Shown here piece after piece: positions 54,917 through 64,000 of a stretch of 64,000 bases of DNA (its first letter is position 1; every line of letters begins with the position of its first letter). Source of the DNA: Candidatus Latescibacterota bacterium (GTDB taxonomy: Bacteria > Latescibacterota > UBA2968 > UBA8231); NCBI GenBank assembly GCA_965204725.1, contig OZ242005.1:2976001-3040000 (forward strand), in the 5' to 3' direction. The translations under genes were made by a program, and so were the position numbers. The notes beneath the pieces were generated by a model. The model was not told the origin of the DNA, did no database searches, and worked only from the letters and a program-made list of their open reading frames with translations.

Positions 54917-56085
54917 CAGGGCGCGTCCACAACAATGTCCACAGCCGCGTAGAGCCGCGCCTTGACCCAGCCGTGCTCGTCGCTCTCGACGGGCATGAGC
55001 AAGACCTCTCCGAGGGTCGCGACCTCCTCGGCCTGTTGAAACTGCTGTAAGAAGGCGTCAATCTGCTGAGGGGCCCCAATGCCCCGCAATTTTTGCCGCT
55101 GTTGGATGCGCGCCGGCGACGAGCGCTTGAGGAGAGGCTCGTGAATCGACAGGCTGTCTAAGCCACTCGCGTCGGCCCAGCCGGCCACCTTGCCTAAGAA
55201 TTGCTCGGCTTGGCCAGAGGAGAGGGCGGCCAGTGGAGGGGGGGCCTGCTCAACAAAGCGGCCTTGAAATGAGAAGCGCAACGCACGTTCCTCCCACCAA
55301 GTCGAAAACGAAACCCGCGATGGAAATGCTTGCAAGCCAAGCCTGAACTCGCGCAGCACGGTGTGCGAGGGGGTGGTCCCCTCCAGCCAGTACTCCCCGG
55401 CCGAGTTACAGTTCAGCGAAGCCACGCGAATCCCGGCGGGAACCTGTTGGGCGATCTGCATGGCTTGGTGGCAGGCCGTGCTGCGTTGGAGCGCGGGGGC
55501 GGGGCGGGACGGGGCTTTGCTGGGGGCGATTTCTCGTGGACTCGGAGTGGTATCTCGTTGCGCTATGGGACTGGGGCTGGACTCTTGTATGGGGCTGGAC
55601 GTGGTGTCTTGTTCTATTCCGGGACTGGGGACGGCCTCTTGCTGGACCACCGGCTCGGCGGTTTTCTCTTGCTGGGCTACGGGACTGGGGGCGGTCTCTT
55701 GCGCTGCCGCAGGGCTGGATTCGATTTCTTGTTGCACTACGGCAGGGCTGGGGTTGGCCTCTTGCTGGGCTACAGAACTGGAGTCGGTCTCTTGCGCTGT
55801 CGCGATCTCTGGGGTGGTTTCTTGCTGGGCTAAGGGGCTTGGGGCGGGTTCTTGCTGGACTATCGGGCTTGGGGTGGTTTCTTGCTGAGTTACCGGACTA
55901 GGGGCGGTTTCTTGCTCGACTACCGGGCTAGGAGGAGCGACCTCTTGCTGAGTTACCGGGCTTGGAGCGGAACCCGAGTAGTGAAAATGGTAGAGCCAGT
56001 ATAGGCCCCCACAGACGATCAAGGCCGAAAGCAAGGCTTTGGGCCAAGGCGACCGCCGCCGACCGACCAGTTCGACGCGGATCAT
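54916..56085 (-). CDS. PilN-like single-pass membrane protein with a Pro/Ser/Gln-rich repeat stalk
   Basis: MIRVELV start (compare the PilN INLL motif), TM helix, ATGA-coupled to the pilM-like gene. Confidence 0.6.
   Translation of the reverse strand: MIRVELVGRRRSPWPKALLSALIVCGGLYWLYHFHYSGSAPSPVTQQEVAPPSPVVEQETAPSPVTQQETTPSPIVQQEPAPSPLAQQETTPEIATAQETDSSSVAQQEANPSPAVVQQEIESSPAAAQETAPSPVAQQEKTAEPVVQQEAVPSPGIEQDTTSSPIQESSPSPIAQRDTTPSPREIAPSKAPSRPAPALQRSTACHQAMQIAQQVPAGIRVASLNCNSAGEYWLEGTTPSHTVLREFRLGLQAFPSRVSFSTWWEERALRFSFQGRFVEQAPPPLAALSSGQAEQFLGKVAGWADASGLDSLSIHEPLLKRSSPARIQQRQKLRGIGAPQQIDAFLQQFQQAEEVATLGEVLLMPVESDEHGWVKARLYAAVDIVVDAP
55535..55965 (-). repeat. ~30-bp degenerate tandem repeats encoding PSP(V/I/A)xQQE(T/A)x
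   Basis: More than a dozen 10-aa units such as PSPVTQQETT, PSPIVQQEPA, PSPVAQQEKT. Confidence 0.85.
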
Positions 56086-56975
56086 CGCGTCAACCCCCGT
56101 TGAGCTAGCCCGACGGCAATGGCATACACGGACCGTTGCGCGGACGTGGCACTGCCGAGCAGTTTGGGATTGACCGCGGCGAGCGGATCGAGGGTTGAAT
56201 GCGGCACCCGCAAATGATCGGCCAAGCCATTGGTCCAGAACACGACGCCGGCCCCCCACAGGCGCTGGAGACTATTGCCCCTATCGCTGAGTAACTCGTC
56301 CGCCGCACCTTTTAAGGCGTTGACCGCGGCGGCGTTGCCCTCCCAAGTGCAACTGGTCATTGCAAACAGTTCGCCTTTCTCGGTCAGCAGGAGCCAAGCC
56401 TCGCCCATATCGGCATAAACCAAGAGCGAAAACTTGTCTTTGGCGAGCAGGTTGGCGCATTCGCTGGCGTTGTACAGCGAAAAGGGTGCCAAATCCACGT
56501 CGAACCGATTGACCCCCGCCGCCCGGCTTAGGGCGCGGTAGCAGTCGAGGGCGCGGTGGCGAGCCGCGACCACAAACCCCCACTGCGAGGCCAGCGCGCA
56601 ATCGCAGCTAAACGCCTTCGCTTCTCCGGCCAAAAGCTGCTCGGACTCCCAGAAGAGTTGCTCGCGGTTTTCTCGCCCAGACCCCGCCACGAGGGGCCGA
56701 CGCTGAACGAAACCCACGCGCCGGTCCAGCGCAAAACAGGCGTTGTTGTAGCCAAAATCGTAATCCTTCGCCAGCGCGGCTAGCTTGACGGCTAGCGCTT
56801 GTCGCTGGCGCTCGTCGGTCAGAGCTACCGGGTCAAAGGGCTGCTCCAGCTCGTCGGTCGCCAAGACCAAGGGCCGGACGCCAGTGCGTCCAGCGTCTAA
56901 AGCGGCGACGCGCACGGTTTGACCGCTGATGTGGATCCCGGTCGCCTTTGTTCTGCCAAACCCAAACAATCCCAA
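56082..56975 (-). CDS. Divergent PilM-like (actin-fold) pilus assembly protein
   Basis: TGIHISGQTVRVA, VDLAPFSLYNA, LDPL, YAIAVGLAQRG C-terminus typical of PilM. Confidence 0.68.
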   Translation of the reverse strand: MGLFGFGRTKATGIHISGQTVRVAALDAGRTGVRPLVLATDELEQPFDPVALTDERQRQALAVKLAALAKDYDFGYNNACFALDRRVGFVQRRPLVAGSGRENREQLFWESEQLLAGEAKAFSCDCALASQWGFVVAARHRALDCYRALSRAAGVNRFDVDLAPFSLYNASECANLLAKDKFSLLVYADMGEAWLLLTEKGELFAMTSCTWEGNAAAVNALKGAADELLSDRGNSLQRLWGAGVVFWTNGLADHLRVPHSTLDPLAAVNPKLLGSATSAQRSVYAIAVGLAQRGLTR

Positions 56976-56997
56976 CCTCTTCCTGCGAAGTACTCCC

Positions 56998-57363
56998 CTA
57001 CTCCACGATGAGCAAAGGACGAAGCTTTTCTAGTGTTTTGGTCCCGATGCCATGGACTTCGGTCAGTTGCTCCAGCCGCTTGAACGGACCGTGCGTGCGG
57101 CGAAAGGCGACGATCCGCTCGGCGATCTTGGGGCCGATTGCTGGCAGCGCGACGAGCTCGGCGACCGTAGCCGAATTGAGCGAGAGCGGCCCCTGCTCGG
57201 CGGCTACCACGGCCAGCGGTGGCGGCGGCGCGACCGCACGCGGCACGACGCTAAATTCCTCTGAATGCGAAGGAGCATACCAGTCGCTGACGGCGACGAG
57301 CATCCCTACCAGCAGGGCCGCCGTCAGGCCGATGAGTGCGCGTTGCTCGCGTTGATTAAACAA
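56998..57363 (-). CDS. comEA: ComEA-family helix-hairpin-helix DNA-binding protein
   Basis: LNSATVAELVALPAIGPKIAERIVAFRRTHGPF...EVHGIGTKTLEKL, N-terminal TM. TTG start after GGGAGA. Confidence 0.9.
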   Translation of the reverse strand: MFNQREQRALIGLTAALLVGMLVAVSDWYAPSHSEEFSVVPRAVAPPPPLAVVAAEQGPLSLNSATVAELVALPAIGPKIAERIVAFRRTHGPFKRLEQLTEVHGIGTKTLEKLRPLLIVE

Positions 57364-57397
57364 AACATATCTCCCGCAGTCGCGCCGAGCAATACGC

Positions 57398-60300
57398 TCA
57401 GCGAAGGAAGAACGTGCCCGAAAGCCGCACCTCGCGGATCTTCCGCGTCTTGTCTCGGATGTGGTCTTTGTCGTTTTCAATGCGAACCCGCCCCTCGCCG
57501 CGAAAGTTTGAACTGAAGTTGTAGGTCATGGTTAGCTGCGTGCGCCAGATGTTGTTTTTGGCGTTGGGGACGCGCTCTTCGTCGCCCGTGGCGATGGAGC
57601 GCACCTCTTCTTCAAACTTCTGTTCCAAGTTGAGCGTGACATCGCTTTTGAGGCGGCCGAGCAAGGGCAGCCGCCGCGGCTTGAGAGTATGCGTGATCTT
57701 GAAGGTGGTGGTCGTGCGCTCGCGGTCGCGGGTGCCGCGCAGGGACTGGGTGCCGTCGCCCTCTGCGGTGGGTTCGTCAAAATCTCGGCTCTCCGAGATG
57801 GAGATCACGCGCTCGATGGTCGTCGTCGGCCCCCAGCGCCAACGACCGTTCCACGACGCCCGGAACTCGGTCTTGGTCTCCTCGGAGAGCAGGTGCCCGG
57901 GCGCGAGGCTGCCCTCGCCCTCGCTGGCCTCCAAGGTCTCGAAACTCGCGTTTACCTGCGCGCTGTTGATCACGCGCTTTATCAAGGGAATTCGGTCGGC
58001 TCGCCCCCAGCTAAGGTTTATGCGCGGGTAGGTCCGCTCGTTGCGCAGCCGCCGGCGCTGCTGCGAGGCACCGCTGCGCTTGGTGGTCTGATCTTTAGAG
58101 TTGACCTTGACGCTAATGCCAAAGGGCAACCGCATCCCCGAGCCGGCCTCAAACGCGTCCGTGTGCAGCCAGTTGTCTTGGTGGGTCAGCCCTTGGGTCA
58201 CTTGCCGCACCCGCAGCGTGTCCTCAAGGCCGAGTTGATAGGCCAGCGAGGGGCGGTGCAGCAAGTTGAAGTGGCGCGAGTTGATGTTGCGCCGCCAACT
58301 GGCATTGACCGGCTCGACGATGCGGCCAGTCCACCCGGCGAGGCGGCGGAACATATTGGGACGTTGCGGCTTGGCTTGGCTTTTCTTCTCCTCGGCTTGG
58401 TCTTCCTTTGGGTTTGCCTCGCCGGCGTTTCGGCCCCGATCATCGCGGCGCGGTGCTTTGCGGCCTTGCCCCGGGGCCTTGCCCAAGGTTTTGAGCAGGG
58501 TCGGGATTTTGAGATTGAGGCGGACGGACAGGTCGTTCTGGCTGCGGATTTCGCGGGTCTCAAACGGCAGGCCGCGGATCGAATCGATTGGGGCTACCCC
58601 GCGCCGCTGCGCCGGGTCGTTCTGCTCCTCGTAATTGGCCTTGAAGGTGTAGTTTTGGTCCAGCCACGAGATCAGGCGCAGCGATAAGCCGAGATCGGCC
58701 GTTTGTCTGCGCCCGACCTCGCGCCCAAAGCTCCGCTTGTCGAGGGCGAATTTTTTTCGCAAGTCGCGGTCGATTTTGAGGTTGTAGTTGGCCGATAGAC
58801 CGGAGAGCGGATTGAGCTTGGAGGCGTAGGTTTCGACGAGCGTAAAGTCCTCTTGCTCGGTCGGCTCGTCGTCGCCGCGGCGCAGCAACCGCGAGATGTT
58901 CCGGCGGCCGTTGAGCGAGTAGGTCAGGCTCGACGGCAGCGGGCGGAACTCCAGCCGCGTCCAGCTCTTGGGCATGAACGTCGGCAGCCAGCCCATGATC
59001 CGCAGCCCCGGTTTGGGCAGCGGCATGCTGTAGTTGAAGCTCATCGTCTGGGCCTCGCGCTCGTTGATCGGGCGCACCGGGTCCGAGCTGTGTTCACGCG
59101 AATGAGACAGCCTCAGGTTCATCTGGTCAAGGGTCCAGCGCAAGAGGAGGTTTTTGCCCTGCCGCCGGCTGATGGATACGTCGTAGAGTTCCTTGGAGCG
59201 CACGGCCTGTTGCGCCAGCTTCTCTTCGGGCGTCAGCTCCACGTCCGAGCCGGGGCCGAAGCGCGGCAAGCTGGTCGTGCGGCTGAGATTTACCTTGAGC
59301 GGGATCAAAAACCCCCAGCTACTCGGCAGGAGCTTTTGCGCGTTGGTGGAGACCGCGAGCGCGGCTTCGCGGTCTGTGCTGTTGCCCCCTTGGCCGGTAA
59401 AGCTGCGGAAGTTCTCCTGCCGCCAGAGCACGTTGCCGCCGAGGTTGGCAAAGTCGGCCAGCTTGGTGTTGAGATGGGCGTATGCGGCCAGCCCGGGGTC
59501 GTTGCGCGCCCCGTCGAGGCGGAGCTCGTCGAGCAAGACCCGGCCGCTGTACGCGCGGTTTTCAGCGCGGTTGCGCAGGCCAATACTCAGTTGTTTGATC
59601 GACTGCATCGACGGGTTGCCGCGCACCCGGTAAATGGCTTCCTCGCCGCTGCGCCGGCCCGGCCGCGCAAAGACTTGGTCGAGGGAAAAGTGCTCGACTT
59701 CGGGGTCGTAACCGGCCGCGTGCAGCGCTTCCAACTCGCGTTGGGCGATCAAGGAATGGCCGTCTAGGGGTGCCCCGTGCGGATCGATCACCCGGTAGGT
59801 GTAGTAGAACTCGCCCGTAGTGGTATCGGCCTGCCCGGATTGCAGCAGGGCCTTGAGCTGGGAGATGACCGGCAGGTCCACATCGACTTGATTGCCCTTC
59901 CAGCCCTTGCGCCCTCCTTCCCACCCCGGGAAGATGGGGCTGATGGTCTCGTAGTAGTTGGTCGAATCCACGCCAAAGCGCACGAAGAGCACCAAGTCGC
60001 TCGAATCGCCGCGGGCGTATTCAATGGTCTCGCTCGAATCGCCATAGACGTACATGCGCAGCCGCTCGTAGTTGGTGTAATTGGCCGGTCGGGTCAAAAT
60101 TCGAGTGGCCGACATCTGGTGGCCAGGCTCTAGGTTTTCGTAGGCCAGCACGAGGGACTGCTCGCGCTCGCGGGTGCGCGACTGCACGTTGCGGCGGATC
60201 TTCACGCCGGGGGGTGGCCGGTAACTCTGGCTCTTGTCGGTGCCAAGGACCGTGACGTCGAGCGCCTCGCGGTCGCCCACCGGGAAGCGCTCGTCGAGCC

Positions 60301-63300
60301 GCACTACGTCGTCCTCCTGCCACTTGTTGCCCACGATCTCCACGAGCGCGATATCGGCCCGCACAGGCTCTTCGGCCCCCGGCTGCGGTGCGCTCGAAAG
60401 CATCAGGCGCACGTATTCGATGCGGGTGGAGTCGGGCAAGCCCACGCGCTCGACGTGGGGGCCGAACAGAGGCACTCGGAACTGACGCCAGCCCTTGTTT
60501 TGGGTGCCGGCGACCTCATAGTGGCTCGAGGCCAGATCGATCTCGTAGTGATAGTAACTGTTGCGCCGGTCTATCACGCCGTTGCCGTTGAGGTCTTCCG
60601 TGTCTGGGCGGTCGCCGCTTTCGAGGTCTTTTTTGTTGTTCTCGGTTCCGTTGATGCGGCTGTAATCGTTCTTGTTGCGCTCGGCGTCGTATTGCCAGTT
60701 GTCCCCTTCGGGGTCGTCGGGCGAGCGGTTGGGGCGCAGGGGATCGGCGTCTGGGTAGAGCGCGGCGAATGCCTGCTTCCGCTCGTCTAGGGAGCGGGTG
60801 GTGTCAAACGCGGCGTCTTGCAGCCGCAAGTAGAAGTTCAACTCGGCCTCGTCGTCGCGGCCATCAATGCCTACGTCCTCTTCCCGCGACACCAACCCAT
60901 CGCCGGCCGCTTGCCCGGGGAAAGGCTCGTCTTCGGTGTCGAGGCGACCGTTGGCGATGTAATCCTCGCTGATTTGGTCGCCCAAGTTCACGTGCAAAGT
61001 GCCCTCCCGGCCCCGTGCCCATACCTCTAGGAACTTGGACTCGGAGAAGTCGTTGACGGCCGAGAAGGCGAAGGAGATGCCCCCCCAAGACTCAGGGGCT
61101 TCGAGGAGCGGCGTCAGCGCCAGCGACAGGATGTCGGTGCGGCGGTTTTGGGCTTCGATTTGCTCTTCTTGGTTGGGCCAAATGTCGGTGCGCAACGCCC
61201 CGTCGTAGGGATTGTACCAGATGAAGGGAGCGCGATTTTCCGCGCCTAAACGCCCGCCTACTGGTGCGCTGGCCGGTGCCCAGCGCGTGCGGTTGACCAC
61301 CAAGGCGGTGGGCTGCTCGCTATCCTCAAAGTCGTCTATGTAGCCGCGCCCCTTGGTGTTGAGATTGGGGCGGCTCTGCGCGATTTCGGCGTCTAAGGTC
61401 ACTTCGGAGGGAACCGCCGTCTTGACCAGCGGCAGCATATCGACGACGCGGGTGAGGACTGGCATCTCGCGCCGGGCGCGCAAGTCGAAGTTCCATATTA
61501 CCGTGCGCTTAGGCTCGTTGCCCACCCGCACCCGCCGATCGCTCGACCGCTCGTTGTTGTAAATCATGGTGCTGCCCACTCGCCCGTCGCCCCCCCAGAA
61601 CTCGTACTCGGTGCGCAAGCCCAACAGCGTTTTTTGCTGACTGCCGATATTGAAGAGGTCCTCGGACTCAAAGGAGATTTCCAAGTCGGCACCGGGGTCG
61701 GCCACTTCCTGAGCAATCGAGCCGACAAACGTCACGCTGCCCGTGAAATCGACTCGGTAGTCGGTGTCGCGCGCCAAGGGGCGGCCATTTAGCTGGACTT
61801 CTACGGTCTCGGGGCGGACGCTGCCGAAGAGCCCGCCCAGCCGAATGCGCTGCTCTGAGGAGGCGGCGCGGACGAGGATTTTGTAGCGGCTGGCCTCAAT
61901 TTGGGCGCGCTGCTGCTGCTCGTCGTAGATGGCGGCGACGGGTTCGTCGAGCTGGCCTTGGTAGGTGCTGGAGCGCGGATCAAAGGGCCGCTGGTCGGGA
62001 AAAATCAAGTGCCCGCGGATGTCGTCCAGCCCGATGTAATCGGAGTCGATGACGCGGTCGGGGGCGCTGCCGGGGTCTTTGCCGCGCTCGTCCAAGCCCA
62101 AAACCTGCAAATAAGAGCGGCCCTTTTGCGAAAGTTGGTCCTCTTGGCCGGGCACTTCCTTGGCAATATCGACCTGCAAAGTCTTGGGGTCGAAGCGGCG
62201 GCCGGTGGAGAAACCAGAGGCAATGCGATACACGTTTTTCCACTCTAGGTTCCAAGTGGGAAAACCCGGGCGGGCGTTGCGGGCCTTGATCAGCTTTAGG
62301 TGCAAGGAGTCGGATTCGGCGCTGGTTTTGAGCCGAGCCGTCTCGTGTTGGAGGGCGTCGTCGAAGTCCGGTGCCCGGGTTTTGAAATACACGGCCATGG
62401 CATGGGAGTTGGATACGGGTCTGTTGAGGATGATGTAACCCGCCTCCGCCACGATTGCATAGTCGTCGTCCGGGTCGAGCCGGTGCCAAGTCCCCTCCTC
62501 AAAGCAGCCGCTGTTGCGCAAGCGCTGGCCCGCTGCGTCAAAGCACTCAACGGTCGAGAGGGAATCGGACGGATCGACCCAAGCCGTGCCGGGCTTGGCG
62601 AACAGCTCGGCGTCATTCTGGGTATTGAAGTCGTTGATATAGACTTCGAGGCGGCTAATATCGACGAAGTTTTCCGCACCAAACTGCGCTCCGTCCAACA
62701 GCCGGCGGAAGTCGAGGAGGTGAGCGCGGTAGAACTCGTGCAAGAAGAAGTACGTGTTGCGGATGTATTGGTAGTCTTTGAGCTGGAGGGTGTCGATGGC
62801 CGCTCCGCCCTTGAAGGTCTGGCGATTGGACTTGCTCTTTTCGTGGCTGGCCACGGTCGTAAAGGCCAGCGGCCCGATGTGCCCCTTAGCGCGGATGCCG
62901 AAGAGGCCCTTATTCCTCTGCCGGAAGCCGACGAAGCGCGTGTTGGGCAGCTCTAAGGTGGTGTTGCCGGCCTGCACCTCTTGGAATATGGAGTCTTCCT
63001 CGCCGTCGTAGTCGAGCTTGATCTGATTGGACAGCTGATCTCCCAAACCGGAGCCAATCGCTGAGCCGAAGTTTTGGGTGTCTTGGTCAATGCGTATGTT
63101 GATCAGTTCGCCGACTTTGCCTTCGACCGTAAAATCGGATTCCTGTTCGATGCCCAGCGAGGGGAACTTCGAGCTGCGCCCAAACGAGGTCTGGACCTCG
63201 CCGTCGGTCCACTCGCTCTTGCCAGAGATGATGATGGTGCGCGAGCCATTGAGCGCCAGACTGGGGCCTCCGTCGCCGATAAAGCGCCGTAGGGGCTTGG

Positions 63301-63730
63301 GCGCGGAAAAGGGCACGGTCCACTCAAAGCGGCGGCCCTTGCGCCGGCGCTGCTCGGAGGCGGTGGTGCGAAAGGCGCGGCGGATTTGTTGGTGCCAAAG
63401 CTGCCGGTACTTGGCTTGGTATTCCATGCGGAGATAGTCGTTTAGAGCGACGGCGACGGTGGGGCCCTCGGCGAACCCGCTGACGCGGCGGCCATAGTGG
63501 GCTAGGCCCACGGAGTCCACTGCGGCTCGGTACGAAATTGGCGTGCGGCTGGAGGCCGACAAGAGCGGTTGTCCAGCCCTAAAGGCGGCTTCTTGGCGAG
63601 GGACTGCGCGCTGGGAAAGCGGGCCGTACAGCGGCTCAAAGTGCAGACCCGGCTCGGCGCGTACCACCGCCGCGAGCGCGAAAACACACAGCCATGAGGA
63701 AAACGCTTGGACGGAAAAGCGGAGAAACAC
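57398..63730 (-). CDS. sprA: Cell-surface protein SprA-like large outer-membrane protein (T9SS translocon family)
   Basis: ~2100 aa; IKLDYDGEEDSIFQEVQAGN, GLFG, WNLEWKNVY, VRVGNEP, YIDDFE, PDTEDLNGNG, VRGNPS, DELRL; beta-strand-rich C-terminus. Start uncertain (GTG 63730 chosen; the ORF is open to 63886). Confidence 0.85.
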   Translation of the reverse strand: MFLRFSVQAFSSWLCVFALAAVVRAEPGLHFEPLYGPLSQRAVPRQEAAFRAGQPLLSASSRTPISYRAAVDSVGLAHYGRRVSGFAEGPTVAVALNDYLRMEYQAKYRQLWHQQIRRAFRTTASEQRRRKGRRFEWTVPFSAPKPLRRFIGDGGPSLALNGSRTIIISGKSEWTDGEVQTSFGRSSKFPSLGIEQESDFTVEGKVGELINIRIDQDTQNFGSAIGSGLGDQLSNQIKLDYDGEEDSIFQEVQAGNTTLELPNTRFVGFRQRNKGLFGIRAKGHIGPLAFTTVASHEKSKSNRQTFKGGAAIDTLQLKDYQYIRNTYFFLHEFYRAHLLDFRRLLDGAQFGAENFVDISRLEVYINDFNTQNDAELFAKPGTAWVDPSDSLSTVECFDAAGQRLRNSGCFEEGTWHRLDPDDDYAIVAEAGYIILNRPVSNSHAMAVYFKTRAPDFDDALQHETARLKTSAESDSLHLKLIKARNARPGFPTWNLEWKNVYRIASGFSTGRRFDPKTLQVDIAKEVPGQEDQLSQKGRSYLQVLGLDERGKDPGSAPDRVIDSDYIGLDDIRGHLIFPDQRPFDPRSSTYQGQLDEPVAAIYDEQQQRAQIEASRYKILVRAASSEQRIRLGGLFGSVRPETVEVQLNGRPLARDTDYRVDFTGSVTFVGSIAQEVADPGADLEISFESEDLFNIGSQQKTLLGLRTEYEFWGGDGRVGSTMIYNNERSSDRRVRVGNEPKRTVIWNFDLRARREMPVLTRVVDMLPLVKTAVPSEVTLDAEIAQSRPNLNTKGRGYIDDFEDSEQPTALVVNRTRWAPASAPVGGRLGAENRAPFIWYNPYDGALRTDIWPNQEEQIEAQNRRTDILSLALTPLLEAPESWGGISFAFSAVNDFSESKFLEVWARGREGTLHVNLGDQISEDYIANGRLDTEDEPFPGQAAGDGLVSREEDVGIDGRDDEAELNFYLRLQDAAFDTTRSLDERKQAFAALYPDADPLRPNRSPDDPEGDNWQYDAERNKNDYSRINGTENNKKDLESGDRPDTEDLNGNGVIDRRNSYYHYEIDLASSHYEVAGTQNKGWRQFRVPLFGPHVERVGLPDSTRIEYVRLMLSSAPQPGAEEPVRADIALVEIVGNKWQEDDVVRLDERFPVGDREALDVTVLGTDKSQSYRPPPGVKIRRNVQSRTREREQSLVLAYENLEPGHQMSATRILTRPANYTNYERLRMYVYGDSSETIEYARGDSSDLVLFVRFGVDSTNYYETISPIFPGWEGGRKGWKGNQVDVDLPVISQLKALLQSGQADTTTGEFYYTYRVIDPHGAPLDGHSLIAQRELEALHAAGYDPEVEHFSLDQVFARPGRRSGEEAIYRVRGNPSMQSIKQLSIGLRNRAENRAYSGRVLLDELRLDGARNDPGLAAYAHLNTKLADFANLGGNVLWRQENFRSFTGQGGNSTDREAALAVSTNAQKLLPSSWGFLIPLKVNLSRTTSLPRFGPGSDVELTPEEKLAQQAVRSKELYDVSISRRQGKNLLLRWTLDQMNLRLSHSREHSSDPVRPINEREAQTMSFNYSMPLPKPGLRIMGWLPTFMPKSWTRLEFRPLPSSLTYSLNGRRNISRLLRRGDDEPTEQEDFTLVETYASKLNPLSGLSANYNLKIDRDLRKKFALDKRSFGREVGRRQTADLGLSLRLISWLDQNYTFKANYEEQNDPAQRRGVAPIDSIRGLPFETREIRSQNDLSVRLNLKIPTLLKTLGKAPGQGRKAPRRDDRGRNAGEANPKEDQAEEKKSQAKPQRPNMFRRLAGWTGRIVEPVNASWRRNINSRHFNLLHRPSLAYQLGLEDTLRVRQVTQGLTHQDNWLHTDAFEAGSGMRLPFGISVKVNSKDQTTKRSGASQQRRRLRNERTYPRINLSWGRADRIPLIKRVINSAQVNASFETLEASEGEGSLAPGHLLSEETKTEFRASWNGRWRWGPTTTIERVISISESRDFDEPTAEGDGTQSLRGTRDRERTTTTFKITHTLKPRRLPLLGRLKSDVTLNLEQKFEEEVRSIATGDEERVPNAKNNIWRTQLTMTYNFSSNFRGEGRVRIENDKDHIRDKTRKIREVRLSGTFFLR

Positions 63731-64000
63731 CTCTAATGCACACCTATCGACGTTTATTGGAAGCGACTCAGAAGCCTTCACTTGTGATTCGGCGGCATCA
63801 ATGCGCCGAGCGGCTTCTGCATTAACTAAACGCGATAGGCTGTCTCCAAACCCAACAGGGGGATGCTGCCCAGACGGAACGGGCAACCACCTGAAAACAT
63901 AGCATAGGGCTGCGATTATTTCAAGGAAGCCCTTGCAAAAACCATTCCCGTTGCACGGCGCGGGGCGTACTTTTTGGCGCGGCGATCTAAGTCGTTATAT

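Noticed and set aside
55535-55965. CRISPR array
   Set aside because: The repeats are degenerate, in-frame coding units without unique spacers, and there are no cas genes.

Overview
GC-rich bacterial chromosomal window, probably from an FCB-superphylum lineage such as Latescibacterota. This is an inference from a SprA-type gene and a secreted protein ending in TAVEAASWGQIK. Positions 1-32 kb hold housekeeping and metabolic genes: a UxaA-family dehydratase, murA, tRNA-Phe, an ECF sigma/anti-sigma pair, an M16C peptidase, anmK, a BCCT transporter, an S55 peptidase and feoAB. Positions 53.3-64 kb hold a sprA-comEA-pilM-pilN-like-coaD-dprA run. Between them is a ~21 kb, all-minus-strand defence island with no integrase. 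It separates feoB from a small FeoB-associated-type membrane gene, and the last codons of feoB (ALGF*) recur at the far border. The island looks like a duplicated type I R-M locus whose hsdM-hsdS slot carries different cargo in each copy. The first cargo is a ubiquitin-like protein ending in Ala, a cysteine-free E2-like protein, a JAB-E1 fusion (Bub-like conjugation operon) and a SEFIR/TIR gene. The second is two tandem AAA-ATPase/PD-(D/E)XK paralogs, a TIR gene and a SLOG-TIR fusion (Thoeris-like). The island also carries darTG, an AlbA_2-type regulator, hicBA and two hsdS genes sharing one target-recognition domain. All calls come from motif recognition by eye; no database search was run.
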